A stretch of DNA of 64,000 nt, taken from NCBI GenBank assembly GCA_038230955.1, contig JBBRMG010000001.1, positions 18,312 to 82,311 on the forward strand, read 5' to 3'. This document shows, one piece after another, positions 19,183 to 28,562 of this stretch; within the stretch, counting starts at the first letter, position 1; each line of letters begins with the position of its first letter. A program made the translations under genes and the position numbers. Source of the stretch: Candidatus Doudnabacteria bacterium (GTDB lineage: Bacteria; Patescibacteriota; Doudnabacteria; UBA920). The notes below the pieces were generated by a model. That model was given only the letters and a program-made list of their open reading frames with translations, made no database searches and was not told where the DNA came from.

Positions 19183-21309
19183 TTACTGTCCCTTACGGAC
19201 ATTAATACCAGCACGAGATTCAACGATCTTTTCAGTCACGTTGCGAGGGACTTCACCATAGTGGTCAAATTCCATAATGGAAGAGGCTTGGCCTTGGGTC
19301 ATAGACCGCAAAGTTGTGGCGTAACCAAACATTTCAGCCAACGGCACTTCAGCAGTAATAATTTTGCGATTAGTAATGTCTTCCATTTCATTAATCCGAG
19401 CACGCTTGGAATTAAGATCACCAATAACATCGCCCATGTTTGCTTCAGGGGTAGTGACAACCACTTTCATGATTGGTTCAAGCAAGATTGGTTCACCCTT
19501 CTTCACTGCTTCTTGGAAAGCCTTCGAACCGGCAATCTTGAACGCCATTTCAGAGGAATCAACTTCATGATATGAACCATCGTACAAAGTGACTTTAAAG
19601 TCGACTACGGGATAACCGGCGATAACACCGTTAGCGGCAGATTCCTGAACACCTTTGTCTACCGGCTTGATGTATTCTTTTGGAATAGCACCACCGACGA
19701 TTTCGTCGACGAACTCATAACCGGCACCGCGCTCAAGTGGGGTAACGCGCAAATATACGTGGCCATATTGACCCCGACCACCAGTTTGGCGGATGTATTT
19801 CGTTTCAGCCTGAGCTTCCTTTTTGAAAGACTCCTTGAAAGCTACTTCAGGCTTACCAACATTGGCTTCTACTTTAAATTCACGCTTCATGCGATCTACC
19901 AAAATTTCCAAATGCAATTCGCCCATACCAGCAATAATAGTTTGCTGAGTTTCTTCGTCGGAAGTAACTTTGAAAGTCGGATCTTCTTCCGCCAATTTCT
20001 GCATAGCAATACCCATTTTTTCTTGGTCAGCCTTTGTCTTCGGCTCAATCGACATAGAAATAACTGGGTCAGCAAATTTAATCTTTTCTAATTCAATGGG
20101 GTCAGATTCCGCGCAAAGGGTGTCGGCAGTAATAGTGTCTTTCGGACCTACTAAAGCACAAATATCACCGGCGTAGACTTCTTTCACTTCATCGCGCTGA
20201 TCAGCGCGCATGCGCACCATACGGCCAACGCGTTCACGGTTGCCACTGCGAGCATTTAGTACATACGAACCAGCTTCCAATTTTCCGGAATACACGCGGA
20301 AGAACACCAGACGACCAACGAATGGGTCGGTAGCGATTTTGAAAGCCAAAGCAGTAAACGGTTCGTCGTCACTTGGGTTACGAATTAGCTCTTCCCCATT
20401 GCGCGGGTTATGCCCCTTTACCGGACCCTTGTCTAACGGGCTTGGCAAGAAGTTAGTAACACCATCAAGCAATGTTCGAACAATGATACCGCGACCATCG
20501 CCGCCGAATACTGGGTAGAACTCACCGGAACGAGTCGCTTTGCGGATAGCAATCATTAATTCTTCTTCAGTCAATTCAGTACCACCAAGATACTTTTCCA
20601 TTAACTGGTCATCGAACTCGACGACCTTCTCTATTAATTCATGTCGATACTTTTCCGCCTTCTCTTTCATGTCAGCCGGTACTTCACCCACGACGAATTC
20701 TTTATCAGTAAAATCAGTGTACGTGTAGGTTTTCATCTGCACCAAATCAATTACACCATTGATTTCTTTTTCGAAACCTAACGGCAATTGGACCGGAAAA
20801 GCGTTCTTGGTTAAACGAGTGTGAATAGATTCAAGCGACTTGTAGAAGTCACCGCCAGTTTGGTTTATTTTGTTGATGAAACACATGCGAGGCACACCAT
20901 ATTTGTCAGCTTGGCGCCACACAGTTTCGCTTTGCGGCTCAACACCCATCTTCCCGTCGAATACGGTAATGGCCCCATCGAGCACACGCAAAGACCGTTC
21001 CACTTCAACGGTAAAGTCTACGTGGCCTGGGGTATCGATAATGTTAATCTTGTACTTCTTGTCTTTTCCATCAATGCTGATGTATTGCGGATTCCAGTAA
21101 CAGGTAACCGCAGCGGAGGTAATGGTAATACCGCGCTCGCGTTCCTGCTCCATCCAGTCAGTCACGGTTTCACCTTCGTGCACCGCACCAATTTTGTGGA
21201 TCATCCCCGTGTGAAAGAGAATACCCTCAGTCGTCGTGGTTTTACCCGCGTCGATGTGAGCGATAATCCCGATATTGCGGGTGTCTTCAATTGCGTAATC
21301 TCGAGGCAT
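19183..21309 (-). CDS. fusA: elongation factor G
   Basis: 708 aa with [17 protein letters not shown] and NKxD motifs. Confidence 0.97.
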   Translation of the reverse strand: MPRDYAIEDTRNIGIIAHIDAGKTTTTEGILFHTGMIHKIGAVHEGETVTDWMEQERERGITITSAAVTCYWNPQYISIDGKDKKYKINIIDTPGHVDFTVEVERSLRVLDGAITVFDGKMGVEPQSETVWRQADKYGVPRMCFINKINQTGGDFYKSLESIHTRLTKNAFPVQLPLGFEKEINGVIDLVQMKTYTYTDFTDKEFVVGEVPADMKEKAEKYRHELIEKVVEFDDQLMEKYLGGTELTEEELMIAIRKATRSGEFYPVFGGDGRGIIVRTLLDGVTNFLPSPLDKGPVKGHNPRNGEELIRNPSDDEPFTALAFKIATDPFVGRLVFFRVYSGKLEAGSYVLNARSGNRERVGRMVRMRADQRDEVKEVYAGDICALVGPKDTITADTLCAESDPIELEKIKFADPVISMSIEPKTKADQEKMGIAMQKLAEEDPTFKVTSDEETQQTIIAGMGELHLEILVDRMKREFKVEANVGKPEVAFKESFKKEAQAETKYIRQTGGRGQYGHVYLRVTPLERGAGYEFVDEIVGGAIPKEYIKPVDKGVQESAANGVIAGYPVVDFKVTLYDGSYHEVDSSEMAFKIAGSKAFQEAVKKGEPILLEPIMKVVVTTPEANMGDVIGDLNSKRARINEMEDITNRKIITAEVPLAEMFGYATTLRSMTQGQASSIMEFDHYGEVPRNVTEKIVESRAGINVRKGQ

Positions 21310-21357
21310 AGTTTAATGGTTATTTATTGGGGGTTTTATAGGTTTTATTGTCATTAC

Positions 21358-21386
21358 TTGACAAATCTATTTTTTTATGCTATAGT
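21358..21386 (+). promoter_or_regulatory. consensus sigma70-type promoter (TTGACA, 17 nt, TATAGT) driving the small ORF 21409-21567
   Basis: ttgaca at 21358-21363, a 17-nt spacer, tatagt at 21381-21386, then a GGAGGA Shine-Dalgarno 9 nt before the ATG. Confidence 0.65.
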
Positions 21387-21408
21387 GCAGTTGGAGGATA
21401 TAGATTTT

Positions 21409-21567
21409 ATGAGAAACAAGACAGCGAGGGATTATGTATTCCCGATCATTTTATCTGCAATATTCGGTTTTGCTTTTGGCCTCTACAATAGAGGAACTGT
21501 GCAAGCCGGATTAGGATACGCTCTTGTCGGCGCAATCATCAGTTTTGGTATCAGACTAATGATGTAG
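21409..21567 (+). CDS. small hydrophobic protein (52 aa, two predicted TM segments)
   Basis: Near-consensus promoter, strong RBS, and a rho-independent terminator immediately downstream. Lies between fusA and rpsG on the opposite strand. Confidence 0.6.
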   Translation: MRNKTARDYVFPIILSAIFGFAFGLYNRGTVQAGLGYALVGAIISFGIRLMM

Positions 21568-21587
21568 AATTCGATGGGTTGCATGTT

Positions 21588-21623
21588 GACGGTTTGCTTT
21601 CACGAGTGAACCGTCTTTTTTTA
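21588..21623 (+). terminator. rho-independent terminator
   Basis: Stem gacggtt (21588-21594) / aaccgtc (21609-21615), then a T8 run. Confidence 0.75.
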
Positions 21624-21630
21624 TTCCCTA

Positions 21631-22143
21631 CTATTTCCGCTTGTTACCGAACCTTGCAAAGTGAGCAAACGCTTTGTTTGCTTCAGCCATACGGTGAGTA
21701 TCTTCGCGCTTCTTGAAAGCAGTTCCCTGCTTCTGAAAACCATCTAAGATTTCACCGGCCAGCTTCTGAGCCATTGGGGCGCCTTTTTTGCTGCGAGCAG
21801 CATTGATCATCCATTTCATACCTAATGCGGTACGACGAGGTTCTGGTACTTCCATCGGCACCTGGTAGTTTGAGCCACCAATACGGCGACCCTTAATTTC
21901 CATAATTGGGCTGATGTTTTTCAAAGCAGTTTCAAATATTTCGCGATTGTCTTTGTCAGCAGCGTCCGGAATATTCTTGGACTTTTCAGCAACAATATCT
22001 AAAGCTGTGTAAAAGATTTTCTGAGATACGGTCTTCTTGCCGCGTTCCATCATATAGTTGATGAACTTGGCGTACTTCACACTGCTGAACTTTGGATCCG
22101 GCAGTGGAGTGTGTTTATCGTAACTTCTTGCTCTGCGTGGCAT
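21631..22143 (-). CDS. rpsG: 30S ribosomal protein S7
   Basis: 170 aa with S7 motifs and str-operon position. Confidence 0.93.
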   Translation of the reverse strand: MPRRARSYDKHTPLPDPKFSSVKYAKFINYMMERGKKTVSQKIFYTALDIVAEKSKNIPDAADKDNREIFETALKNISPIMEIKGRRIGGSNYQVPMEVPEPRRTALGMKWMINAARSKKGAPMAQKLAGEILDGFQKQGTAFKKREDTHRMAEANKAFAHFARFGNKRK

Positions 22144-22274
22144 GTCGTCGTAAATTTAGTTCCCGGTTTCGTAGTCGAATAAATTCAACTTCTCAACCTT
22201 TCACTAAATTTCTCCTCTAAGAATTTTGCTTAACTCCCTATAGGGAGCCCAAGTAAAATTCTTTGTAATTACTG

Positions 22275-22700
22275 TTAAGCAGCCGGGGCTGGGCGCTTAG
22301 CGCCATATTTGCTGCGAGAGCGTCGACGACCTTCAACGCCTAGAGTATCTAACTTACCGCGGACAATGTGATAGCGCACACCTGGCAAATCTTTCACACG
22401 ACCACCGCGAATCATAACCACACTGTGTTCCTGCAAGTTGTGGCCAACTCCCGGGATATATGCGAGTACTTCCATACCGTTGGTCAATTTGACCTTAGCA
22501 ACCTTACGCAAAGCCGAGTTCGGCTTCTTTGGGGTGGTGGTATAAACCTTTAGACAAACGCCGCGAATAAACGGAGCGCCAGTTGGCAGGTTGATAACCT
22601 TGTTCTTGATAAGGTTCACGCGACGTTGCAGGGCCGGAGATTTGCTCTTCGACTTCAACGGATGGCGTCCCTTTCTCACAATCTGGTTGATTGTAGGCAT
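22275..22700 (-). CDS. rpsL: 30S ribosomal protein S12
   Basis: PTINQxxRKGR N-terminus and PKKPNSAxRKV. Confidence 0.96.
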   Translation of the reverse strand: MPTINQIVRKGRHPLKSKSKSPALQRRVNLIKNKVINLPTGAPFIRGVCLKVYTTTPKKPNSALRKVAKVKLTNGMEVLAYIPGVGHNLQEHSVVMIRGGRVKDLPGVRYHIVRGKLDTLGVEGRRRSRSKYGAKRPAPAA

Positions 22701-22973
22701 ATCTTACTAAACCTTTCTTTACTTATGCATATAAAAAACTGACAATATAGCGTCAGCTCTATCGTTTCGCACATATGGTACTCTCGTGAAGCCATACGAG
22801 TTAATTCCCATTAAGCGAGTGTATGCAGTAATTACCTAATTAAGGTGGCTTCTTCTAAGTTGTAAACAGATTATACCAGATTGATGCAGGGTTGGTCAAA
22901 TTCAGGGTTTTTCCACGAATTTGACAATTATTAATTATTATTATATCATTAGTATAAATTAATAGTATTCTAT

Positions 22974-23216
22974 ATGTCTACCTCAATTACCAAGCAAAAA
23001 AATGAAGCTCTAAGTATTTCCCTGCCTGCCCAATTAAAGCGGGATTTATTGAAACGGGCTCAAAATGACAACGTTGCCGTTAGTCAAGTAGTAGCTGAGG
23101 CTCTCAAAAAACATTTAATTCTCAAGGAATGGCGGGATTTGCAAGACATTTTTGGACCGGCACTGTTAAAACTTGGTATTGATTCAGATGAAGCAGTTGA
23201 GGAATACTTCGGATAA
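22974..23216 (+). CDS. ribbon-helix-helix (CopG-like) antitoxin
   Basis: 80 aa. The RHH pattern is SISLPAQLKRDLLKRAQNDNVAVSQVVAEAL. Its stop lies 2 nt before the PIN gene start. Confidence 0.7.
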   Translation: MSTSITKQKNEALSISLPAQLKRDLLKRAQNDNVAVSQVVAEALKKHLILKEWRDLQDIFGPALLKLGIDSDEAVEEYFG

Positions 23217-23218
23217 TA

Positions 23219-23641
23219 ATGCGATTTGTATGTGATACAAACATATATCTGGCAGCACTTCGTCGAGGTGGTTTTTGTAATACTGTACTGGAATTGATAT
23301 TAAGCACTGACAATACTCATGAATTGTGGGTTTCTGAATTTATCATTCAAGAAACCAAGAAAAAAGCTGCAGTGTTTGCTCTAAAAAAGCTCGCGTCTCA
23401 ATATGATATTGACAGAATTCTGCAAACAATTGAATCGAGCGCTCATATTTCATTTCCTTCCCGTGAACGAATCACTAATGTCTCACGTGATCCCGACGAC
23501 AATAGAATTCTGGAATGCGCTGTGTCGGCTCAAGCCGATGTTATCGTCACTATGGATAAAGATTTATTGGTGCTAAAACAATTTCGCGGCATTGCCATAG
23601 TCCATCCCAAAACTTTCATTTACATGCAGCCCAAGGACTAA
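23219..23641 (+). CDS. PIN-domain toxin (VapC-like)
   Basis: Acidic PIN residues are present (CDTN near the N-terminus, then DPDDNRILECA and VTMDKD). Confidence 0.75.
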   Translation: MRFVCDTNIYLAALRRGGFCNTVLELILSTDNTHELWVSEFIIQETKKKAAVFALKKLASQYDIDRILQTIESSAHISFPSRERITNVSRDPDDNRILECAVSAQADVIVTMDKDLLVLKQFRGIAIVHPKTFIYMQPKD

Positions 23642-24642
23642 GCATCCTCTCTTGTTAACATTTCCTCTAGCACACTTTCTTTAATACCATAGGTATTGCC
23701 ATGATTCATCAAGCCCAAATATGACTGCAAAGTCTCGTCCATGGGACTATTGCGTAATTGCTTCATCATTCTGCGCTTGGTAGTAGTGCGTATAACAGTG
23801 TGATCAGGAAAATGCACCCAGCCAAGAAAATCTACTCCCGAAACAAAAGTTTTCAGATACAGCTTATCCGGGTGCAATGTCAAATTTAGCCTACTTTTCA
23901 AGAATTCTGAAATTTGGGCAATTTGAGAAATTAACGCTTCTCTATCGTCGGACAAAAATACAAAATCATCAGCGTATCTTATGTAGTATTTTGCGTGCAA
24001 TTTGTGTTTCACAAACTGATCAAACTCATTCATATAAATATTACAGAACAGCTGTGATGTTAAATTACCTAATGGTAACCCAACTCCCGGCAAGGTAGAA
24101 AAACTATCAATAATTTGCTCCAGTAATTGCATTAGAGGTAAGTCCGAAATATATTGAGACAGTATACCTATGAGTACTCCATGATTAATGCTGGCAAAAA
24201 ACTTTTTTATATCACACTTTAAGACCCAACATGTCCGTCTATGGTTTCTACTCACTTTATAGGCAAACGCACGGAACCTCTTTATCGCCTTGTACGTTCC
24301 CTTATCAATCCGGCATGAATAGGAATTAGCAATAAAAGTCCTATCAAAAAACGGATACAATGTCCGGTACAAAGCGTGATGCAAAATCCTGTCTCGCACA
24401 GAAGCCTTGTGAATCTGTCGCGGTTTGGGATCAGTAATGCTAAATGCGCTATAATATGAGTGCTGGTATGTGCCGCTGGCCAAATCCCTATGCAACTCAA
24501 TGAGATTGCCCATTAAATTATGTTCAAATTCTTGCACATCTTTACGCTGTCTTTTGCCCCGAACAAACTCAGTCCATGCTTCCAGTAAATTTTCTAGTGA
24601 AATAATATCTTTATAATCATGTCTGAATTGAACCTTGCTCAT
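23638..24642 (-). CDS. DGR reverse transcriptase
   Basis: YADDFVF catalytic motif. The DGR-specific motif LGNLTSQ carries SQ where other RTs have QGxxxSP. About 335 aa with no maturase or endonuclease domain. A TR/VR pair lies adjacent. The ORF continues 8 codons upstream to a TTG at 24666. Confidence 0.88.
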   Translation of the reverse strand: MSKVQFRHDYKDIISLENLLEAWTEFVRGKRQRKDVQEFEHNLMGNLIELHRDLASGTYQHSYYSAFSITDPKPRQIHKASVRDRILHHALYRTLYPFFDRTFIANSYSCRIDKGTYKAIKRFRAFAYKVSRNHRRTCWVLKCDIKKFFASINHGVLIGILSQYISDLPLMQLLEQIIDSFSTLPGVGLPLGNLTSQLFCNIYMNEFDQFVKHKLHAKYYIRYADDFVFLSDDREALISQIAQISEFLKSRLNLTLHPDKLYLKTFVSGVDFLGWVHFPDHTVIRTTTKRRMMKQLRNSPMDETLQSYLGLMNHGNTYGIKESVLEEMLTREDA

Positions 24643-25023
24643 AGTAATAATAGTACCCCCCCCCAACGGATTTTACCAGTATTGCAAAAAGTAAAAATTG
24701 CCTATTTGCTATGGTTTGATTATTACCAAATTCTGCCCAAGTTACATAGGCATTCATTAGGCCATAAAGTCGATAATTTGTTTGTCGAACTCATAGAAGC
24801 GATAGTTTCTGCCAGTTTCTTGTCCCCGCACGAAAAACTACCTTATATTAGGCTAGCCATTAAGAAAAACGACACAGTCAAAATCCTGTTGATGATGCTA
24901 TGGGAAACCCACTCCCTGGATGGCAAACAATATATTGCGCTGTCTGTAAAAATCGACGAAATCGGAAGAATGCTCGGTGGTTGGAATGGTCAAATCACAA
25001 AACAAAACTCTCCTCGAAAATAG
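24619..25023 (+). CDS. avd: DGR accessory variability determinant (Avd-like)
   Basis: The C-terminus EIGRMLGGWNGQITKQ closely resembles Bordetella phage bAvd (EVGRILGSWIARVNRK), and upstream helices align. Lies next to the TR. It is on the strand opposite to the RT. Confidence 0.7.
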   Translation: MSELNLAHSNNSTPPQRILPVLQKVKIAYLLWFDYYQILPKLHRHSLGHKVDNLFVELIEAIVSASFLSPHEKLPYIRLAIKKNDTVKILLMMLWETHSLDGKQYIALSVKIDEIGRMLGGWNGQITKQNSPRK

Positions 25024-25043
25024 GAGGAGAGAAATGAAAGAGA

Positions 25044-25175
25044 ATTGCGGACGCGAAACACAAACTCGTTGTTGCCATTCCAATGATTGTCTAGCTTGCC
25101 ATTGTTGTTGTTCAACCACGGTTCGTCGTCGTTCCGATTGACGTTGAACAGATTCGGATTGCCGTTCGGGTCAGT
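25044..25175 (-). repeat. DGR template repeat (TR)
   Basis: About 132 nt and about 80% identical to the 3' end of the target gene. Nearly all mismatches place TR adenines on the coding strand against non-A bases in the VR. AAC-rich codons (NNNNG, NGNN). Non-coding. Confidence 0.88.
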
Positions 25176-25493
25176 TTTGTATAATATGCCGTCTGCTACA
25201 CCATCCTTTGAGTGCTCTGTTAGCATTCTGGGGATTGAATCGTATTCGGCATTTAAATATGCCCTAGCATACTACACCAAGTTTCTTCATTTTTTTGAAG
25301 TGTCTGCATGCACCACTCTATTTTTAACCGTAATCAAAAATATTCCCGAGGCATGGATACTGGATTCGGTAGCAAACAACCATAATCGTTTGCGTATGCA
25401 CCTATTACCAATGGTATTATAGCAAAAATTTAGGCTGCAAAGGACAAAGATACAAAGTGCCAAGACTAGAGCAAGCTAGTCAAGCACCAAGGA

Positions 25494-27587
25494 CTATTTG
25501 CGGACGCGAAACACAAACCCGTCGCTGCCATCCCAACGATCGCCTAGCTTGCCACTGCTGCTGAGCAACCACGGCCCGTCGTCGTGCCGATAGACGTCGA
25601 ACAGACGCGGACCGCCACCCGAGCCAGTTATGGGGTCCATGGCTATTCTTAAGTATTCACCATTCGGCTGGTCAGCATATGCCAATCTCAATTCTGGCCC
25701 TGTTTGCGGCGGACACAGTTCTAAATTTAATTCTTTAACCCTGTTGAAAATAGCTTCTAGGTTAGCACCGTTAGGAAATCCTAATTGCTCGACCGTAAAT
25801 TTAACCAAATCAACGCGTTCAGACTCGGACAATGCCCGTATTTTTACCAACATGCTTTTAGCGTAGTCAGATATTCTATTTCCTGTTTTCACTAGCTCCT
25901 GCTCGTATTGCATAGGAGTTTTAGTAGACAGCTCAATAGTTTTTCTGAATATCTTTTTCTCTGGGAAAGACTCATATAAATGCTGAATATGTTCAGGCAT
26001 TGTTCGCATTATGTCCGGAGACCACTGGCCAATATATAACTTTGTAGATTCCTTTATTTCCTGCTGCCCCAGAGCGATTTCTTCAGGCTTGCAGTCTATA
26101 TTGGCCACAATGCGAATAATCTTAGCGACGTCGGTCCTAGTCATATCAGGCGTAATTTCCATCTCACCCATTTTGAGGACAAAGACATTGTCATCCGGGT
26201 TAAAATCGTGAAAATCAACTTCACCATGCTCGGTTAAAATATGGTAGTCTTTGACTTTAATATTTCCCAGTTCGCTGTCAGAAATTTTCCTAAAGTCCCG
26301 CAGTTGGCCGGTGTCCGTTTGGGTAGTGCGAAGCTGTTTCAAAGCATCGATTACATCTGCAAAGTAAGGATCCTCCGGACTTAGGTATTCATCGTCCTGC
26401 TTCTTCATTTGCTCAATAGTTTTGGTTTTAAGATTATATTCCATTGTAATAATGGGCGTATCTCGATATACCTTTTGGCTACCGTTATCAAACTTAGGAG
26501 TTACCCTGAATGACAAAATTTCAATTTCACCACGCTTCATCTGGTTGATATACGAATCGCTTGTGCCAACGCAGTGTCTCATGTATTCTGATTCTTCCTC
26601 TAAGTGCGGCATGTTCAGCATGCGAGCGACATAATATTTACCTGACTCAGTTTGAACTAGATTTTCCCACGGATTCACCGCTGCGCTGTCTCCCATTTCC
26701 GCCCGCTTTTTGCGCATCTCTGCAATTTTTTGCAAAGTTTTTTCTTGGTGAACTTCCAGTAGCCGGTGCAAGCTACCTTTATCCGTATCGATAAATTTAG
26801 GGCTTTCGATAATAGCGTCAAATAAGTCATTCAAATCTATACTTTCATTGGCCGTGAAATGACGCGCCAATTTGAGTCTCAGCACGCTCTGCTGGCGCTG
26901 ATCAAAAGCAAAGTCTTGCTGACCGGAAAGCCTGCCACTTAAAGTTTGGTACGCACCATTGATGGCACTTTCTTTTTGCGGCTTGTTGTCAGGAGAAAAT
27001 GAACCCAAGGTTTGTTGGTATCGTTGGTTGAGTTCAGTTAAATACTTGGCTTCAAAAGCTTTTTTACGTTCTTCATCAACTTGCTCTGGCGATTTATCTT
27101 CTGTCAGTGGTTTCTCGTAATAATCGACTGCGTATCCTGCCATATTGTCTGTACGAATGCGTTCAAAGCCGAATCGTTCTAGGACATGATTCAACCTATC
27201 ATTCCAGCCATGAAAATTGAGCCGCATATAACCTTGTTGTTTTGCGTATTCTATGAAAGCTGGTATCTCCCGTAAAGCGCTGCGACCAGTCTGACGGGTA
27301 GTGCCGAAATACTTTATGTAAGCTTCATGCGGAATAAATTCTTCGCAGGCAATATAGCCAGTTATTTCACCTTTATCGCCAGTAATCAATTTGTTGAGAG
27401 GATGGCCATTTTCAAGTGTGCGGATGACATCCTCTACTGCCATAGACCGAATAGCCTCATCCACTTCAGTAATGCCTTGTGTGATAGCGCGGACGCTATC
27501 TTTTTGCTCCTCATTCATAACCAAGCCCGGCTTTTCTTCCAAGCGTTCCGGTATATATACGGTTTCTGGTGTATGACCTGTTTCCAT
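25494..27587 (-). CDS. DGR target protein carrying the C-terminal VR
   Basis: 698 aa from ATG 27587. The ORF is open to 27650 but that would overlap the upstream gene. The C-terminal 44 aa are encoded by the VR (…DPITGSGGGPRLFDVYRHDDGPWLLSSSGKLGDRWDGSDGFVFRVRK). Confidence 0.8.
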   Translation of the reverse strand: METGHTPETVYIPERLEEKPGLVMNEEQKDSVRAITQGITEVDEAIRSMAVEDVIRTLENGHPLNKLITGDKGEITGYIACEEFIPHEAYIKYFGTTRQTGRSALREIPAFIEYAKQQGYMRLNFHGWNDRLNHVLERFGFERIRTDNMAGYAVDYYEKPLTEDKSPEQVDEERKKAFEAKYLTELNQRYQQTLGSFSPDNKPQKESAINGAYQTLSGRLSGQQDFAFDQRQQSVLRLKLARHFTANESIDLNDLFDAIIESPKFIDTDKGSLHRLLEVHQEKTLQKIAEMRKKRAEMGDSAAVNPWENLVQTESGKYYVARMLNMPHLEEESEYMRHCVGTSDSYINQMKRGEIEILSFRVTPKFDNGSQKVYRDTPIITMEYNLKTKTIEQMKKQDDEYLSPEDPYFADVIDALKQLRTTQTDTGQLRDFRKISDSELGNIKVKDYHILTEHGEVDFHDFNPDDNVFVLKMGEMEITPDMTRTDVAKIIRIVANIDCKPEEIALGQQEIKESTKLYIGQWSPDIMRTMPEHIQHLYESFPEKKIFRKTIELSTKTPMQYEQELVKTGNRISDYAKSMLVKIRALSESERVDLVKFTVEQLGFPNGANLEAIFNRVKELNLELCPPQTGPELRLAYADQPNGEYLRIAMDPITGSGGGPRLFDVYRHDDGPWLLSSSGKLGDRWDGSDGFVFRVRK
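25497..25628 (-). repeat. DGR variable repeat (VR) at the 3' end of the target gene
   Basis: Aligns to the TR with about 25 adenine-specific substitutions. Followed 6 nt after the stop codon by the hairpin 25457-25487. Confidence 0.88.
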
Positions 27588-27630
27588 AACTATATTATTA
27601 CAAATATTATAACTCGAGTAAATCGTGGAC

Positions 27631-28239
27631 CTATAACAACTGTACCCCAATAACCCTTGAGAACACCGATACCACCGGCAACAAAATACGTTCTAGTAAC
27701 CCCAAATACAACATTATAAACACCAGAATAAATCCGAACCGTTCCCACTCTAAAATTTTGTAAGTTAGTGCATCGGGCAGGAATGAGGCTACCACTTTGC
27801 TACCATCGAGCGGTGGGATTGGGATAAGATTGAAAGTGCCCAAAACAATGTTAAGTAGTACTATCTGAGTCAAAATTGGTAAGGAAATATAGTTAGTCAA
27901 ACCCAGCTTAATTGGAATAGCGAAGATAATAGCCAAAGCAAAATTGCTCAAGGGTCCAGCGAGGCTAACCAAAGCCATACCGAGTTTACGGGGCTGAAGT
28001 CGATTAAAATTAACGGGCACCGGCTTGGCCGCACCGAAGATTATAGGACTGCCCAGCAATAATAAAGCGGCTGGCAAAAGAATCGAGCCGAATGGGTCAA
28101 TGTGAGAAATTGGGTTTAAAGTAATGCGGCCCTGTTCTCGGGCGGTATCATCACCCAGTCGTTCGGCCATTAATCCATGACAAACTTCGTGGATAATCGC
28201 AGAAAATAAAAGGATTGCTAAAGTGATTATTATGTTCAT
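27631..28239 (-). CDS. site-2 protease family (peptidase M50) membrane metalloprotease
   Basis: HEVCHG HExxH motif in a TM segment. Polytopic. Confidence 0.8.
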   Translation of the reverse strand: MNIIITLAILLFSAIIHEVCHGLMAERLGDDTAREQGRITLNPISHIDPFGSILLPAALLLLGSPIIFGAAKPVPVNFNRLQPRKLGMALVSLAGPLSNFALAIIFAIPIKLGLTNYISLPILTQIVLLNIVLGTFNLIPIPPLDGSKVVASFLPDALTYKILEWERFGFILVFIMLYLGLLERILLPVVSVFSRVIGVQLL

Positions 28240-28285
28240 ACTTGCTAATTATAGCAGATTATGTTAAAGTTACGCAGTATTTAAC

Positions 28286-28492
28286 TTGCCAAAAACTATG
28301 CCCCGAATGTGCACGATCTGCGGAAAAACTTACTCTCGAACTATTAAGCGCTCTCATAGTATGCGCTCTTCAATTCGCCGCCTTCTACCGAACCTCCAGT
28401 GGACTATGGTTGGCAACCAGCGCGTTAAAGCTTGCACCCAGTGCATGAAGACCCAGACCAAGACTGCTCGCATGGCTAAGGCCAGCGCTTAG
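28286..28492 (+). CDS. rpmB: 50S ribosomal protein L28
   Basis: CxICGK...RSHS...RRxLPNLQ...VKACTQCMK. The start could be ATG 28307. A terminator follows. Confidence 0.85.
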   Translation: MPKTMPRMCTICGKTYSRTIKRSHSMRSSIRRLLPNLQWTMVGNQRVKACTQCMKTQTKTARMAKASA

Positions 28493-28523
28493 AACTCGCC
28501 TCTGCTTCCGCAAAATCAATCAA

Positions 28524-28562
28524 AAGTCACCTACGGCACAAAGTAATAGGTGACTTTTTTTC
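28524..28562 (+). terminator. rho-independent terminator after rpmB
   Basis: Stem agtcacct / aggtgact, then a T9 run. Confidence 0.8.

Noticed and set aside
20821-21408. The upstream 196 codons of ORF 20821-21567 on the plus strand.
   Set aside because: This part is antisense to fusA. Only the final 52 codons, behind a consensus promoter and RBS, are plausible as coding.
24990-25226. A 78-aa minus-strand ORF resembling the C-terminus of the DGR target.
   Set aside because: It is the non-coding template repeat read in frame. It has no start context and overlaps the end of Avd.
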